Of a DNA stretch of 64,000 nt, positions 1 to 13,000 are shown in pieces. Source of the DNA: an uncultured Planctomycetia bacterium (GTDB lineage: Bacteria > Omnitrophota > Gorgyraeia > CAYWPX01). Positions within the stretch are counted from its first letter, which is position 1, and the number at the start of each line of letters is the position of its first letter. The translations under genes and the position numbers were made by a program. Location: assembly GCA_964460615.1 (NCBI GenBank), contig CAYWPX010000003.1, forward strand, positions 155,028-219,027, written 5' to 3'. The notes under the pieces were generated by a model. That model did no database searches, was not told the DNA's origin, and saw only the letters and a program-made list of their open reading frames with translations.

Positions 1-3000
1 AGCGCTTTGGCTCCAACTGAAAGCTTATCGTTTAAAGAAATCATTGCTGAAGGCTCTAATTTGAATCTATCGCTCAATCCTACTCCTCCAAAATTAGTTG
101 CATTAGGCTCCCAGAACCATGTACCAGGCTTTGGAGAACCGGGGAAGTATTTTGACGCGCCAAACCCAAGAGCAAGATGCAACTTAGGATCATTGTTAAA
201 TATAACGCCGTTAATATCAATGCCACCGAATGCAGTCCCACCTTGGGTAGCTCCAAGTAAACCTTTAAGACTTATTCTCCCGCCGTTATTAAGCCCGTAT
301 GTTGTGCCAGCTCCTATGTAACCGGCAGGCGTGCTTCCTGTGTTAACGTCAGAATTCGGAATCTGCAGGCCGCCATACATCAAATAATAATTTCTGAAGA
401 ATGTTGCGCCCTGCACCTGAGAAAGCGTAGCTTCTCCGGTAGGAGTCTTTAGCAGGTTAGTTCCGCCTGAAATAACAGTCTGGCCGGCGTTTATAAATAT
501 CGGCTTTGACCATGCACTTGCTATTCCAGCCTGTCCTTCCTGAGAAACTATCCTGACCCTTACATATTTGTGTCCGAAACTCTGATCACAGCTAATTGTA
601 GTCTGAATATCAGAATATGTCTTAGTATAGCCGCCTTCCGGGAACTCAGGGTATTTAGAAGTCTGGACAACATATATAGTCTTTCCATATGTAGCTCCAT
701 TAGGCTCACTAACTGTAACATTAAAGCCTAAATCATTAGGTATGACTCCTGTAACCGTAGGAGCATCCATGGCTTCTGGGATATTCAGATTAGATATACT
801 GCCAACATAAGGCGTACCCTCAACCAAACCAGCCATGTTTCCGGTGCAAGGAGTAATTCTTGCAAATTTAAGGCCCGGTGTCTGGTTTTTAATATATGCC
901 CTGACCTTGCCCGAAGAAGGCTGAACTACATAATCTTCGACAAATACCTCATTGCTATTATCAAAGGATCCGGAAGCATTAGTAGTTACTTCGACCTTAT
1001 AAGCTGTGGCGCCCGGGACCATATCAAATTCTACCCAGTAGTTGCCCTTAGACTCTGTGAAACCGTTAATAGCCTTCAATTGAGTAGGCAAAGCAAAGAA
1101 CATGGATACAGGATCTGACCACGAAACCACCTGCGCTCCGTCTGGGCCATCTTCAAATATTGCGTACCTGACCCACTTGTGAGTTCCGGTGCTGTCATAG
1201 CTTCTATTGAGATACTGGCTCATGGTGGTTCCATCCGGATAGTATTCAGCAACCGGCTTGACAAATTTGCTGGTTGAACTATCAACTGAGAAGTACTGAT
1301 CATTAGATGTCTGTATCGCCAATCTCTGGCCCGGGCTTGTCTTAGTCCAGCTCAACTGATAGCCCATAACCGGGTAATAGTTAACCCCAAAAACCGATGA
1401 AGGCGAAGGCATCTCAGCGCTTGATATCAGCGATTTATCAACAGTTTTTACATTAGCAGATTTTACAGGGCCCATCTTGTTGCCATGAAGAACTATGATA
1501 GCATAGTTATCATAAAGCGTAGTCTTGCTCCAAAGGTTTATATAACCAACTGAAGAGCTCTGGTTCTTACCTACGCCAACTATCTTAACTCCGCTTGCTA
1601 GTTCTCCGTTCTGAACAAAAACAGGGCTAGCGCCATTTACTCCGACAAGCATGTAGGTAACGTCATATTTATCGCTTGTGCCGGGTATTGTTTCGCCGGT
1701 TGCATAAGGAGTATTAAACGTAAGTTTGTTGCCTGAGATCGAAGGAGTTGATAAGCTGGCAGCATTCAAAGCCGATGGCGCATCTATCGCCTGTGATAAA
1801 GCATATTCTGTCCATCCGCCGACTGGGTATCCGTTTTCATCGATCTTTCTTATGCGGACCTTTGTATGGCCTTCGCTCTTATATAAGTAAGCGCTTGTAG
1901 CATCACTTGCGGTACCATAGACTGATACAGGACCAGTGGTAAAGTCTGTAGCTGTAGTCTGGATCTCAAGCCTTGCGCCATTTGCCCAGTTAAGCTCATA
2001 AGCGCTTCCATTAAGAGGGTTCTGTGCATTAATACCGATTTCTTCTCCGGCGCTTACTATCTGAGTAGCCGAGAGATCAACTTCTTTATACTGGTCTATA
2101 GAGGTTAATGACTGGGTTGATTTTACCTGACCGGTTGTTAATCCATGTAAAACAATTATAGCTGCCTTCTTGAAGGACTTATCAGTTATATTCACATAAC
2201 CTGTGCCATCGGCCAAATTGGTTCCCATGCCGATTATCTGTACGCCTGGCGCCAATTCTCCTTCAGCTCCGACAAATACTCCGTCGCCGTCTTCATTGAG
2301 ATTATTGGTACCGACAAGCATATAAGTAACAGTATATTTACTTGAGCTTCCAGGAACAGTATCACCGGTAACACCCTTGAAGGTGATCTTATCATTACCG
2401 ACAGATATATCAGCAAGATTGGCAGATTTTGCACTAGGAGCTACTATATTAATATTTACAGTTGTATACCCTGTAACCGGATGTCCATACTGGTCAACCT
2501 GACGGATCCTCAGTTTTTTGTGGCCAAGCGACTTATATAAGTTAAGAGCCGAAGTTCCGGCAGGAACTGAGTATGTAACAACATTGCTTGTGAACTTGCC
2601 ATCTACTTCTGTGAAATCACCGTCTGTTGTCTGAATATCTATAGCTTTCGAAGTATCAGTCCAGCTGTATGTATATTTACCGTCAAATGTACCTGCCTGA
2701 GCAGTCGGAATAGTCATTCCGGTGACTTTGGCAGTAACATCAAGAATCTGATTTGATACACCTTGAGTTGATTTTGCATAACCATCTTGTAATCCGTGGA
2801 GCACAATGATGGCAAAATTACTGAATGATTTATCCCAAACATTCGCATAGCCTCTGCCACCGGCGTTGGTACCGGAACCGACTACGCTTATAGAGCTGGC
2901 AGAATAAGGCTCACCGTCTTTAACGGTTATAGGACTATTTGAACCAACAACAATGTATGTAACTTTATAACTTCCATTTTCAGGATTTACTGCATTGAAA

Positions 3001-6000
3001 TCAAGCTTAGAACCTACCACATTAACTGTACCAAGCAGGTTAGTTCCCATTACCGCCGGTGCATCTATAGGAACTGAAAGATTGACTTCAGACCAGTCAG
3101 ATGTCGGGAACCCGTTCTCATCAACAGTTCTGACTCTTATCTTCGTATGACCTTCACTCTTATATAATGCCAAACTCTTATCAGTTGCTTTTGTCCCATA
3201 ACTATAAACTGTGCCCGTCGCAAAGTTAGTGTTTGTAGTCTGTATCTCTATCTTAGAAGGATTCGTCCAGTTAAGTACATAACCGCTTGTTACCGAAGGC
3301 GCATCCGCCATGCCTATAGCACGCCTTGCATCAATAACTCTAACTGTGCTCAAGTAACCAGCAAGATCTTCTGACTGTACAGACATTGACCAGCCGGTCT
3401 TATTACCCTGCATTACGACAATAGCTGTATATTTATACTTACTGTTCGTTGTGACATTGACATAACCTTTGCCTTCACCAGCATTCTTTCCCATACCGAT
3501 TATTTCAGTGCCGCTCGCCAATTCACCGTCTTTTACAAATATCGGTTTTCCATCTCTATCAGCATTATCAGTCCCAATAAGTACATACTGAATATCAAAA
3601 CCGGTGTCTGCAGTAACTGCATCAAATTCAAGTCTTTCCCCGGAAGCTGTGATATTCTTTATAGCATCTCCAGCCTTAACAGCCGGCGCCTGGACATTCA
3701 GGCCAAAGCTTGGTGAGAATTCTGAAATAGCCTGGCCATTTGCATCAACGATCCTGACTCTTGCATATGTATGGCCGGCGCTCTTATAAAGATTTTGTGA
3801 AGTCTGGCCGCTTACTGTACCGTAAGTTGACACATTACTTGAGAAATCAGACTTACTTGATGTCTGTATCTCTATTCTGTATGTTGAGTTTGTCCACGTA
3901 AGAGTATATGCAGTGCCGTTAAGAGGATTGGAAGTATTTAATCCGATAGTCGAAGCCGCATTAGCTGATGTTATAGGATTGCTGGACGCAAGAGTTGTTG
4001 TAACCTCTTTATACTGATATGTCGCCCCTTGAGTAGACATAGCATAACCAGTTGCACTAGAACCGTGCAACACTACAATTGCAGCTTTCCCTCCGGATTT
4101 CTTATTCCAGACGTTTACATATCCTGTCGCGCCATCATTCTTACCTGCGCCTATTATCTGGACATCCGAAGCAAGCTCTTTAGTGGTAGGATCTACTATT
4201 GCGCTGGATGAATTTGAAGACCAGACCAATAGATATGTAACCTCTTTACCTGTATCGGCTGTCTTTGCGTCAAATTTGATCCTGTACTGCTTAGCAGGAT
4301 CAATACCGACATTCGTCAAATTAGCATCTCTAACTACAGGCGAATTAATGCCCGCTGACTTAGTAAGTACGCCGCTCCAAGGAGTTTTCTTTATTCCATT
4401 TTCCTTTAAGACATATTTAATATACCTATGCCCCTGGCTCTTATATAGCGGTTGTGAATTTGTTCCGGCAGGGGTTGCATAGACCGATTTATTAGCAAAA
4501 TCTGCTGTGTCGCTTGTCCAGATCTCGAGAACTTCATTATCTTTAAGATTGTAGGACCAGCTGAATACCCCGTCAGTAATAGTAGTCTGACCAAGAAGGT
4601 CTTCCGGTGATTCAACAACAAGCCCATCAAGGCTTATCGGATCGCTTTCCCTGCCTTGTACTGAGCCGTTCACACCTGAATCAGGCCTGATCTTTATGTC
4701 CGTGGCATTGCTGTCAGTAATATAAGCTTTTGCATAAGTTGAGTCATCTGTCGGCTGAGGTATCACAGCCAATGTTTGCCAAGTACCACCTATCTTAACA
4801 AAAACTGAATACTGAGTAACGCCTTCCTGGAGGTCCCAGATAACTTCATTTGTACCTTTGCGGAAGGTTATATCACCCATTCTCTCAGCTTCCGGAACAG
4901 TGATCTGGGAGGTCAAATGAGTAGGCGTAGTCCATGAAGTAACCTGAGAGCTCGGCTTACCGGTAGCAACTTTAGTAACAATGGCATATCTGACATAGGT
5001 GTGCCCGGCACTCTTTACTAACGGCATGCTTGTGCCTGTGCCATCAAAATAATATGTAGAAGAAGTTGCAAAGCTAGTTGTCTTGCTGGTCTGAATAAGG
5101 ATTGCTTTGCCTGCCGGTATCTGTTTTGTCCAGGTAGCGACATAGTTATAACCGCCGCTAACACCGACTGAAGGTTTACCACCGTATTCAGCGAAGGTAG
5201 GAATATGAATATTCATTGAACTTATTGCTGAAGAAGCTTTACCCTTTATCTCTTTTTCGCCTGTTCCTCTAATCGCTATTACTTTAATATGTCCATTCTT
5301 AAACACCGTCCAGTTGGTATTTTCTGTAACTGCTATGACTTCATACTTACCGTTTGCCCCGGATGTGGACTGCATTACAACATACCTGTCAGCTCCGCTT
5401 ACAGCATTCCAACTCAGGTTGTTGCCTGACCATGCAAATCTCGTAGGAGCTGAAGGAGGCGCAGGAACGCTGATAGGAACACTGAATGCACCGGTAAACG
5501 GAGTTACCAGTTCATTGTTCCTCACTAAAGCAACTCTCATGTACTTGTCGCCCCTTGACCTGTCAAGGTAAATATAAGTCTTTCTGTAATCTTTGCCTAA
5601 TTCATATTTATGGACATTCTTAAACGAAGGATCACTAGATGTCTGTATGGATAATGAATAACCTGCCGGCAAAGCATTCCAGCTGAGCTTATACCCATCG
5701 GTAATGCAGTTTAACTTATTTATACCTGCGAAAGACAGCGGATTTGGAACAGCAATATTAACTGCTATCGGGCTAGTAAATCCTGTAACAAGTTCGCTCT
5801 TTTTGCCGGCATCGGTCGCAAGAGCAACTCTAATATATTTTGCGCCGTTAGATTTGAATAAATAGACATAACTATCTTGGCCGTCAAGATTATAGTCTTC
5901 GTATCTACTGAAGCTCGAAGTAACACTTGTCTGTACTACCCATTTATATCCTCTCGGGGCTTTATTAAGATTAAGTCTGTATCCATCGGATATCTGAGAT

Positions 6001-7080
6001 GAGCTAAGGCCGCTCGCTGTCAATGGGTTTCTGGAACTAATGGCAGGAATCCTCATAGCACCTGTAAACTCAGTTACAAAATTCCCATTATCATCTACTA
6101 ATGCCAGCCTTATATAAGTATCACCGTCAGCCCCTACAAGCCTAACATGATTGGATCCGGCAGCGGCAGTATTCCCTTGAATAATTCTAGTATTTTTGAA
6201 TGTTCTATCTTTAGAAGTATTTACTGCAAGCCTGTAACCTGCCGGCAGGTTGTTAAATACCAACTTATTTCCGTCAACTATGTGAGCGCCGATATTAGCC
6301 GCTGTAAGACCGGTTGCCCCAAGCGGATTAAGTACCTGCACATTGTGTAAAGCAACTGCTTTAGAGGCATTGCCTCTAACGAATTGGTTCTTTACTCCTG
6401 TAAGAGCTCTTACTCTTATCGCCTTTGCATTAGTAATAGGAATAAAGAATTTAACGGTGCCATTAACAGGATGATCTATATAATATCTCTTGACATATCT
6501 TTCGCTGGAAAATACCCTGTTTGCTGCATCATTTTCAGTTTCACCAGATAATTTTCTGATAGGTGCAGTGGAAATTTCTATCTCATAACCTGTCGCACCC
6601 GGAACCGATGCAAATGTGAAGAGATTCGTTCCGGTCGTATTCCTGAAAGTACTGGCATTCGGTGGATTAGCCGCTGCGGGAGCTTCAAAACCAAGCCTTG
6701 TCAAATTGCCGGAAGTATAAGCATTACCGGTCTCTCTTTTCTTAATAGAACCGTTAGCCCCTCTTTCCAGCACTCTTATAGTATAAATTCTAACATATTT
6801 ATGCCCAGCGCTGCTTTTAAGATAAACTGAAGTGTTGTTTGCGCCTCTTACTGAATACCCGACGGTCTTACTGTTCGGGAAGGTCGGATCGGATGAGGTC
6901 TGAACATAATATTCTATATCGCCGGTTGTATTAGCCGGTTTGGCCCATGACAACTTATAGTCATTTGTTATCTTGAATGTGGTAGCAACGGGTGGTTGCG
7001 TAGCACGTCTTGGGACCAGGTTTGACAGGTTCAATGCCTCTGCAGGAGTGGTTATCGCAGGATTACCCAACAATGTCACT
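1..7080 (-). repeat. C-terminal array of at least 12 Ig/FN3-like beta-sandwich modules (continues beyond the window)
   Basis: Recurrent module signature …W…P…(I/V)QTS(S/K)xxxF…Y…LYKSxGH(T/K)Y(V/I)R(V/I)…D(E/A)NG…WSE. Examples: GHTYVRYAIV, KYMRVALV, KYIRVALATD, TYIRLALVDDNG, GHKYVRIYTI, GHTKIRVRTVDENG, GHTKVRIRKIDENG, GHKKLRIRQVDQYG. Confidence 0.55.
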
Positions 7081-10000
7081 CCAAGTAATATCGTTGCGAC
7101 AATTCTCTTATTGGCGATCTTTGAAATTGCCTTCAAAAGGCCTGCTCTTAATCTAGGAATAAATCCGATATTGTCAACGACAGAACCTTCTCCGCCATTG
7201 AGGCCATATGTAAGCATTCCGTCTTCATTCTCAGTAGCAACTACAGAACCAAATTTTTCAAGTAACTCATTAAGCTGATTCTCGGCTTCAACCCTGCTTA
7301 CCCCGAATTCACTTGCATAAGAATAGATATCGTAAGAAACATCGTTTGCAAGCATATTGCAATAAGCCATATTGATATTAAGAGTTTTTCTTGAGGTAAA
7401 GTTATGATAGTAATAAGTAACACCGTCCTGCGTATCGCTCTTTATGTTGCTATTGTTGAGAACGAGATTTTCTAAAATTGCCTCCAAATCCTCGTCTTCA
7501 GATTCGCCGTATAACTCCCTTACCTTGTCAAGAGTGATGACATCTCCCTCCATCATCCTGTTATAGAGAGTAGCTGAAGTTAATTCTTCAAATGAAATAT
7601 CAGGATCTGTAATAGCGTTGAACCTATATAACAACCTGCCGTCATCAGAACGTGATTTTATGACTTCTCCGGAGAATATATTATAAGCATAACCAAGATC
7701 TCTATTGGCGGTAGAATAGCTGATCTTACCGTCTTCGCCGAAGTGTTCGACAAGAGCATCTCTATATTCCTTGATTGTAATATAAGCACCACCCTTAGAC
7801 TGGAGATATGCCATAAGGAAGTTAAGGCGTTCCATCCTCTTATCAACTTTTTCTGCGCCGGCCAAAGCTGCATCTGAAATTTCGGCGTCAAGAACAAACG
7901 TATCATTAATATATACAAGCACCTCATTTGCCTCGGCTTCGGTCAAGTCACCTCTCATATAAGCGGCCTGGAGCATTGAAGCGACTTCACCCAGCGACAT
8001 TATCTCGTCGTTATCTATCAAATAACTTAAGTTAAGCTTCCATATTTCCTTATCAAGTTTGTCTTCTTCGGCTTCTTCTGCCTCAGCATGGGTCTTTGGT
8101 TCGCCCAGGACCGCTGTATGTTCCATCATCTCGTGAAGTACCTGCCTAAAGAGAGCTTCCCCGGTTAAATAGCTTGTAACAACAATATCGCCTGAATTAA
8201 TGTCTGCTCTATTAAGATTAGCCGCCTCAATATCAGAAACAACGTGGCCGCTCACATAAAGCATTCTTCCGAATTCGCCTTCTTCGTCCAATAACTGCAA
8301 GGCTATGGAAGGCGCCCCGCTGGCATTTGTAACAAGCTTGACTCTACCGGAATCGATAAAGTTCATTGCTTCATTATACTCATCTGTCCCTGAACCAAAG
8401 TAGTTCCTGAATCCTTCTTCTAATGCCGCATATGCGTCAATATCATTAACAGCTTCATCTACAGCTGCTTCAGCTAATGCATCCTGAAGCTCTAAACCAA
8501 CCTCCGGATGCGATGAACCCTTGTTGATCAATTTGTCTGAATCAATTATCTTCTTACCGGACAGCGGATCTATGCCTCTTCTAAGCATGTCTACCCACGC
8601 TGTTGCACCCACATGGGCAAATCTGTTATCTAAAGGATAAAGTTGTCCGTCTTCGCCGACAATAGCTATGATGCCGCCATTATATTCAACGACTTTACTG
8701 AATTGAGAATATAAAGCTGCGCCCTTTTCATCGTCCCCAGTCAAAAACGCCAACATAGCAGCACCTGCTGTTAATTCAGAGTTAAACGACGGACTGCCTT
8801 CGACAACCTTAGACGCATACCCTTCAAGAGTAACTTTACCGTAAGAAACTTTATTAAGGGATATTTTGTCAAGGTATGGGAGAGTATTAAATGTAGCAGG
8901 ATCTATACCTGTAACATCCTTGGTCGCATATAATGCTAAAGGCGCCCAAATATTGTGAGTAGTAGGCTCTTCGCTTGAATAATTCGGATAAATGAACTTT
9001 CCAGTGCCTTCATCAGTTGTACCAACCAAGAAGTTTTCACCTGTCCACATACCGCCCTGAGACACATTCTTGGTCATCCATGTTAAGGCAAGTTTACCGG
9101 CATCGATATACTTCTGGTTACCGATAACTTGTCCCAATTTGATGAGCGCAGCTCCTGCAGTAGCATTATGTTCGGTTGAGGCCCATTCAATAGGGATATA
9201 ATACTTGGTATCATAGTTATCTCCCAGATAATCGGCGTTTGGATATTCAAGTCCGCCCTTTATCGCTCCGTATATAGGACTTGAAGAGTTCACTATCTGG
9301 AACTGTGACACCCATTCGGCTGCTTTTGTAGCTGCATCAAGGTATTTGGCATCATGGGTCTTTTCATATAAGTTAGTTAAGAACATGATATTCCATGAAA
9401 CAGGGCCAACCGCTATATTACCGGCATTAATCTGGCCGTTAACATCATAACCGTCTACCCACCCGCCTCTAAGGTTTATACCTTTTACAACAACGCTTTG
9501 TTTAAACTGTTTTGATATCAGGTTATCTGCAAGTACCTTAGCAGTCGCAAGATCCTGCTGAGTACCGCTTGCAACAAGCGAAATGCCGGTAACACCGACG
9601 TCATACGTCCAGCTGGAACTGTTGTTATACTGCTTGTAGCTCCTTAAAACTCCGTCAGAAGATATCTGGTCTCTTAAGAATGTTTCCATATTGGCTACGG
9701 AAACAACCGCCGGGCCGGTCTTCAAGGCATCCATAAGTTTCGGCCCGCCTACAATACCTCCGATTCCTAAGGTAGCAATGAGTACCGCTACAAACGCTTT
9801 TTTATCTTTTACCCATTTTATAAGCTGGTCTATCCTTGAAACATTAGGAGTAAGTATTTTATCTGTGATCTGAATAGCTTCTTGAACATTAGTATCATCA
9901 ATAGCATCCTGTAGTAACGAAAGTATTCCATCATCACCTCTGGCTAACAATGCCTCTCGTATCTCAGGATAATAAACCCCTTCGGTTTTGGCATATTCAA

Positions 10001-13000
10001 TAACGTCGTATGTCAATTGGTTACTGTCGGTGTCATATAATGTAAGTCCATCAAGTCTTTCGAGCGTCCTTGAATCAAGGCCCTGAGCAGACAAGACTTC
10101 AAGAGCAAATCCCTTTTCATCCTGAGTTAAGGACTTAAAGAGAATATCCGCAAAATTCAAATTGTCTATTTCATCTGTCTTTGTGAGGAAGAACAAGATC
10201 TCTATTTTTGCGTCTATGGATAACTCCGTAAAATCCTGTACCTTGCGTATCGCAAGCATAACCTCGGTAATATCAGCCGGCGGTGCCCTGTTACCAAGAG
10301 CATCCAACTTGACATGCCTTAGCTCTTCTTTTAATTCCATCTTGAGCAGGTCCTTGGAATCAAGTATGTCGTTATCAAGAGTATAGGTCGGGATACCATT
10401 ATCATCATAAGAAACTCTCGCAAGCTTGCTGTTCCAGACAACTATATTGAGGTTAGTACTAAGCGGGATACCCAGTTCTATCGCTGCTTCCTTAAGATTC
10501 TTGGCCATCCTCAGGTTTTCATCATTAGAATCAAATCTGGAGAGGTCGTCACCGCCTAATGTTGTAATCAATCCTTCAAAAGTCCCGTAATATATTATGG
10601 TCGTATTGCCGGGCCTTCTGGATATAGATGAAGTATTTACGCTTGAAGGCGTAACATGGACCGCTCCAAGAGCCGTGAAGGCATCCTTAATATTCTTAAC
10701 TATCTCCTGATAACCGGCTCCTTCTATAGGTATCGTTCCTTCGGGACTATCCGTATAATCGCCCAATCCCATATTCCCCGCCGGATCATCCTTAGTATCG
10801 CCTACACCCATCAGGGTCTGCCATGTGAAGATATTGTGGCCGTCTGAACCGTTTGTAGTAAATAATTTGTTTGTGGCATACCTTGCATCATTGTTATTAA
10901 GATCATCCAATAATTCCTGCAACGCATTCCTATAATCAGGCTTCAGTTTACTTGAATACATCTCAACGCCTCTTATCTGAGTATAAGAAGTCAGGAAGGC
11001 CCTCAAATATGTCATCTGGTCTTCAAGCGTCACTCTTTCGCCGCTCTTATAGGTCACCTCAACAGGATGTGGTAATACCAAGACACCTTTTTGAGCAGTT
11101 ACAAAGTTTATAACATCATTTATCGGCTGACCGTCCCTTATTCCTGATCTTTCGAAAGAAACATAACCCGTCGGGCCGTAATTAGGATCTTCTGGGTTGG
11201 TTGACCTGTTCTTTTTGAAATATTTTGCATTAACTTCTTTATAATTCGAACAACCCAATCTTTCGGGGCCGTATTTCTGGAAAAGAATGAGCGATAACTG
11301 ATAGGAATTGGTCAAGTCGGATATCTTACCTTGTAAATCTTCTTTGGTAAGTTCCAGCCCTTCATACCAATCCGGATGCAGATTCTTCTCGTTAAAGTTA
11401 GAATTAAATTGCATTCTCATCTTTTCAGCCCTATTAACACCGGTACCGAAAGCATTAGGATCAAAATAAATTCCATCCATTGTATTTACCATATTTACTA
11501 CTGGTGAGCTATTAAGGAACGTCTTATATGCATCGGCACTGCCTCTATTAGGGAAATAACCTATCAGATGCTGGCCGCCGGTTATACCTCTGGGGTCATC
11601 AATAAAATCAAATTCAACACCTGTAATAACTTCAATTCCAAGCTTATCCGAAGAAGCGTAGCCGGCAGAAAGAACCTCGCCTGCTCTTAAAGCTTCATAA
11701 TGGCTCCTAAAGGTGTTATGATCAATGATACCTATTGAGCTCAAGCCCTTCATCCATGCTTCGAGCACAGCTCCTGCCGGAGTAAGGTTGCCATCTGAAT
11801 AATAGGTATGGTAATGCATATCAACTCTGCCTTTTAATTCAAAGGTTCGTTTTACCAAATTTTCATTACTCTTTATGGCCTGTAGTGCCTGTAAGCGCCT
11901 TGCAACCCTGGCATCTTCGCTTACTTCATTCGGAAGCTTGTCATTGACCACTACAAATCCGGCTACAACCTTTTCAGCTGCCTTAGCTGAACCGCTGTCA
12001 AGTATGGCTTTCATACCATCGATTATAGTCTTATGCATCGCAGGAGTGGCATAATTGATGGCAGTATTATAAGCTGCTACCGCCTTTTCTATCTGGCCAA
12101 GAGCCATAAAGTTGGAAGCGTCTGCAAGTGCCGTATAAGCATCTTTTCTACCGATATAAGACAGGTTCATGAAGTTGCCATTCTGATCATACATTTCAAC
12201 CCTGTCTTTGTTTATGATAATATAACCGCCTGATATCGCTCCGCCACTAGTAACATAAAAATTATATTTCTCCCCATCAGGTGTCATAACAACAGGGCTT
12301 AATGTATATTCTGAATTGACATCTCCCCTTATAAGCTCAATAAATGTTGCATCAAGAGAGGCCTCGTGCAGAGCGCCAATTTCAGCAACATCAAGATCAA
12401 ACATGGTCCTGATGTCATTCTTTCTCTCACCAATTGCGCCAATAAGGTATGACTCTAATCCACCGTCTCTAAGGACCTGATTAAACATTTCTATAGGATT
12501 CTGTCTCTGGGCGCGGGTCTTTCTGTTCCATCTGCCGGGAACATTTTCAGTGCTCAACTGATCCAACCAATCATTGACCATGCTTAAGCTATGAGACCCT
12601 GTAAGGTTTTTACTACTGGTAAGCTGTTCGGCCAGAGATAAACTTCCATTAATGATCGCGCTGATCTGCTCAGGCTTAATTGCCTGAAGGATCGTTGCCA
12701 AATTGCTCAATTTGTCATCGTCAGTCTTTGCCATTTTGTATGCTTCATTAACAAAAAGCTTCTGATCATGCCTTACAATATTAAATATTTTTTCAAACTG
12801 TACCGAATCAAAATAAGGCAGGAACTCAGAAAAACCACCTGTAGGCCTTGAGAACATCGTGCCGCCAAAGTCAATATGTACTATATCCTGATTGGTACCC
12901 GAATTATCCGAGACATCATTGAAATCCGGGCTATTGAACATCATATTCCAAGGAGTCCTATCAGAATCCCTTAAGAGAGCTGATAGCATCAATGCCCCAT

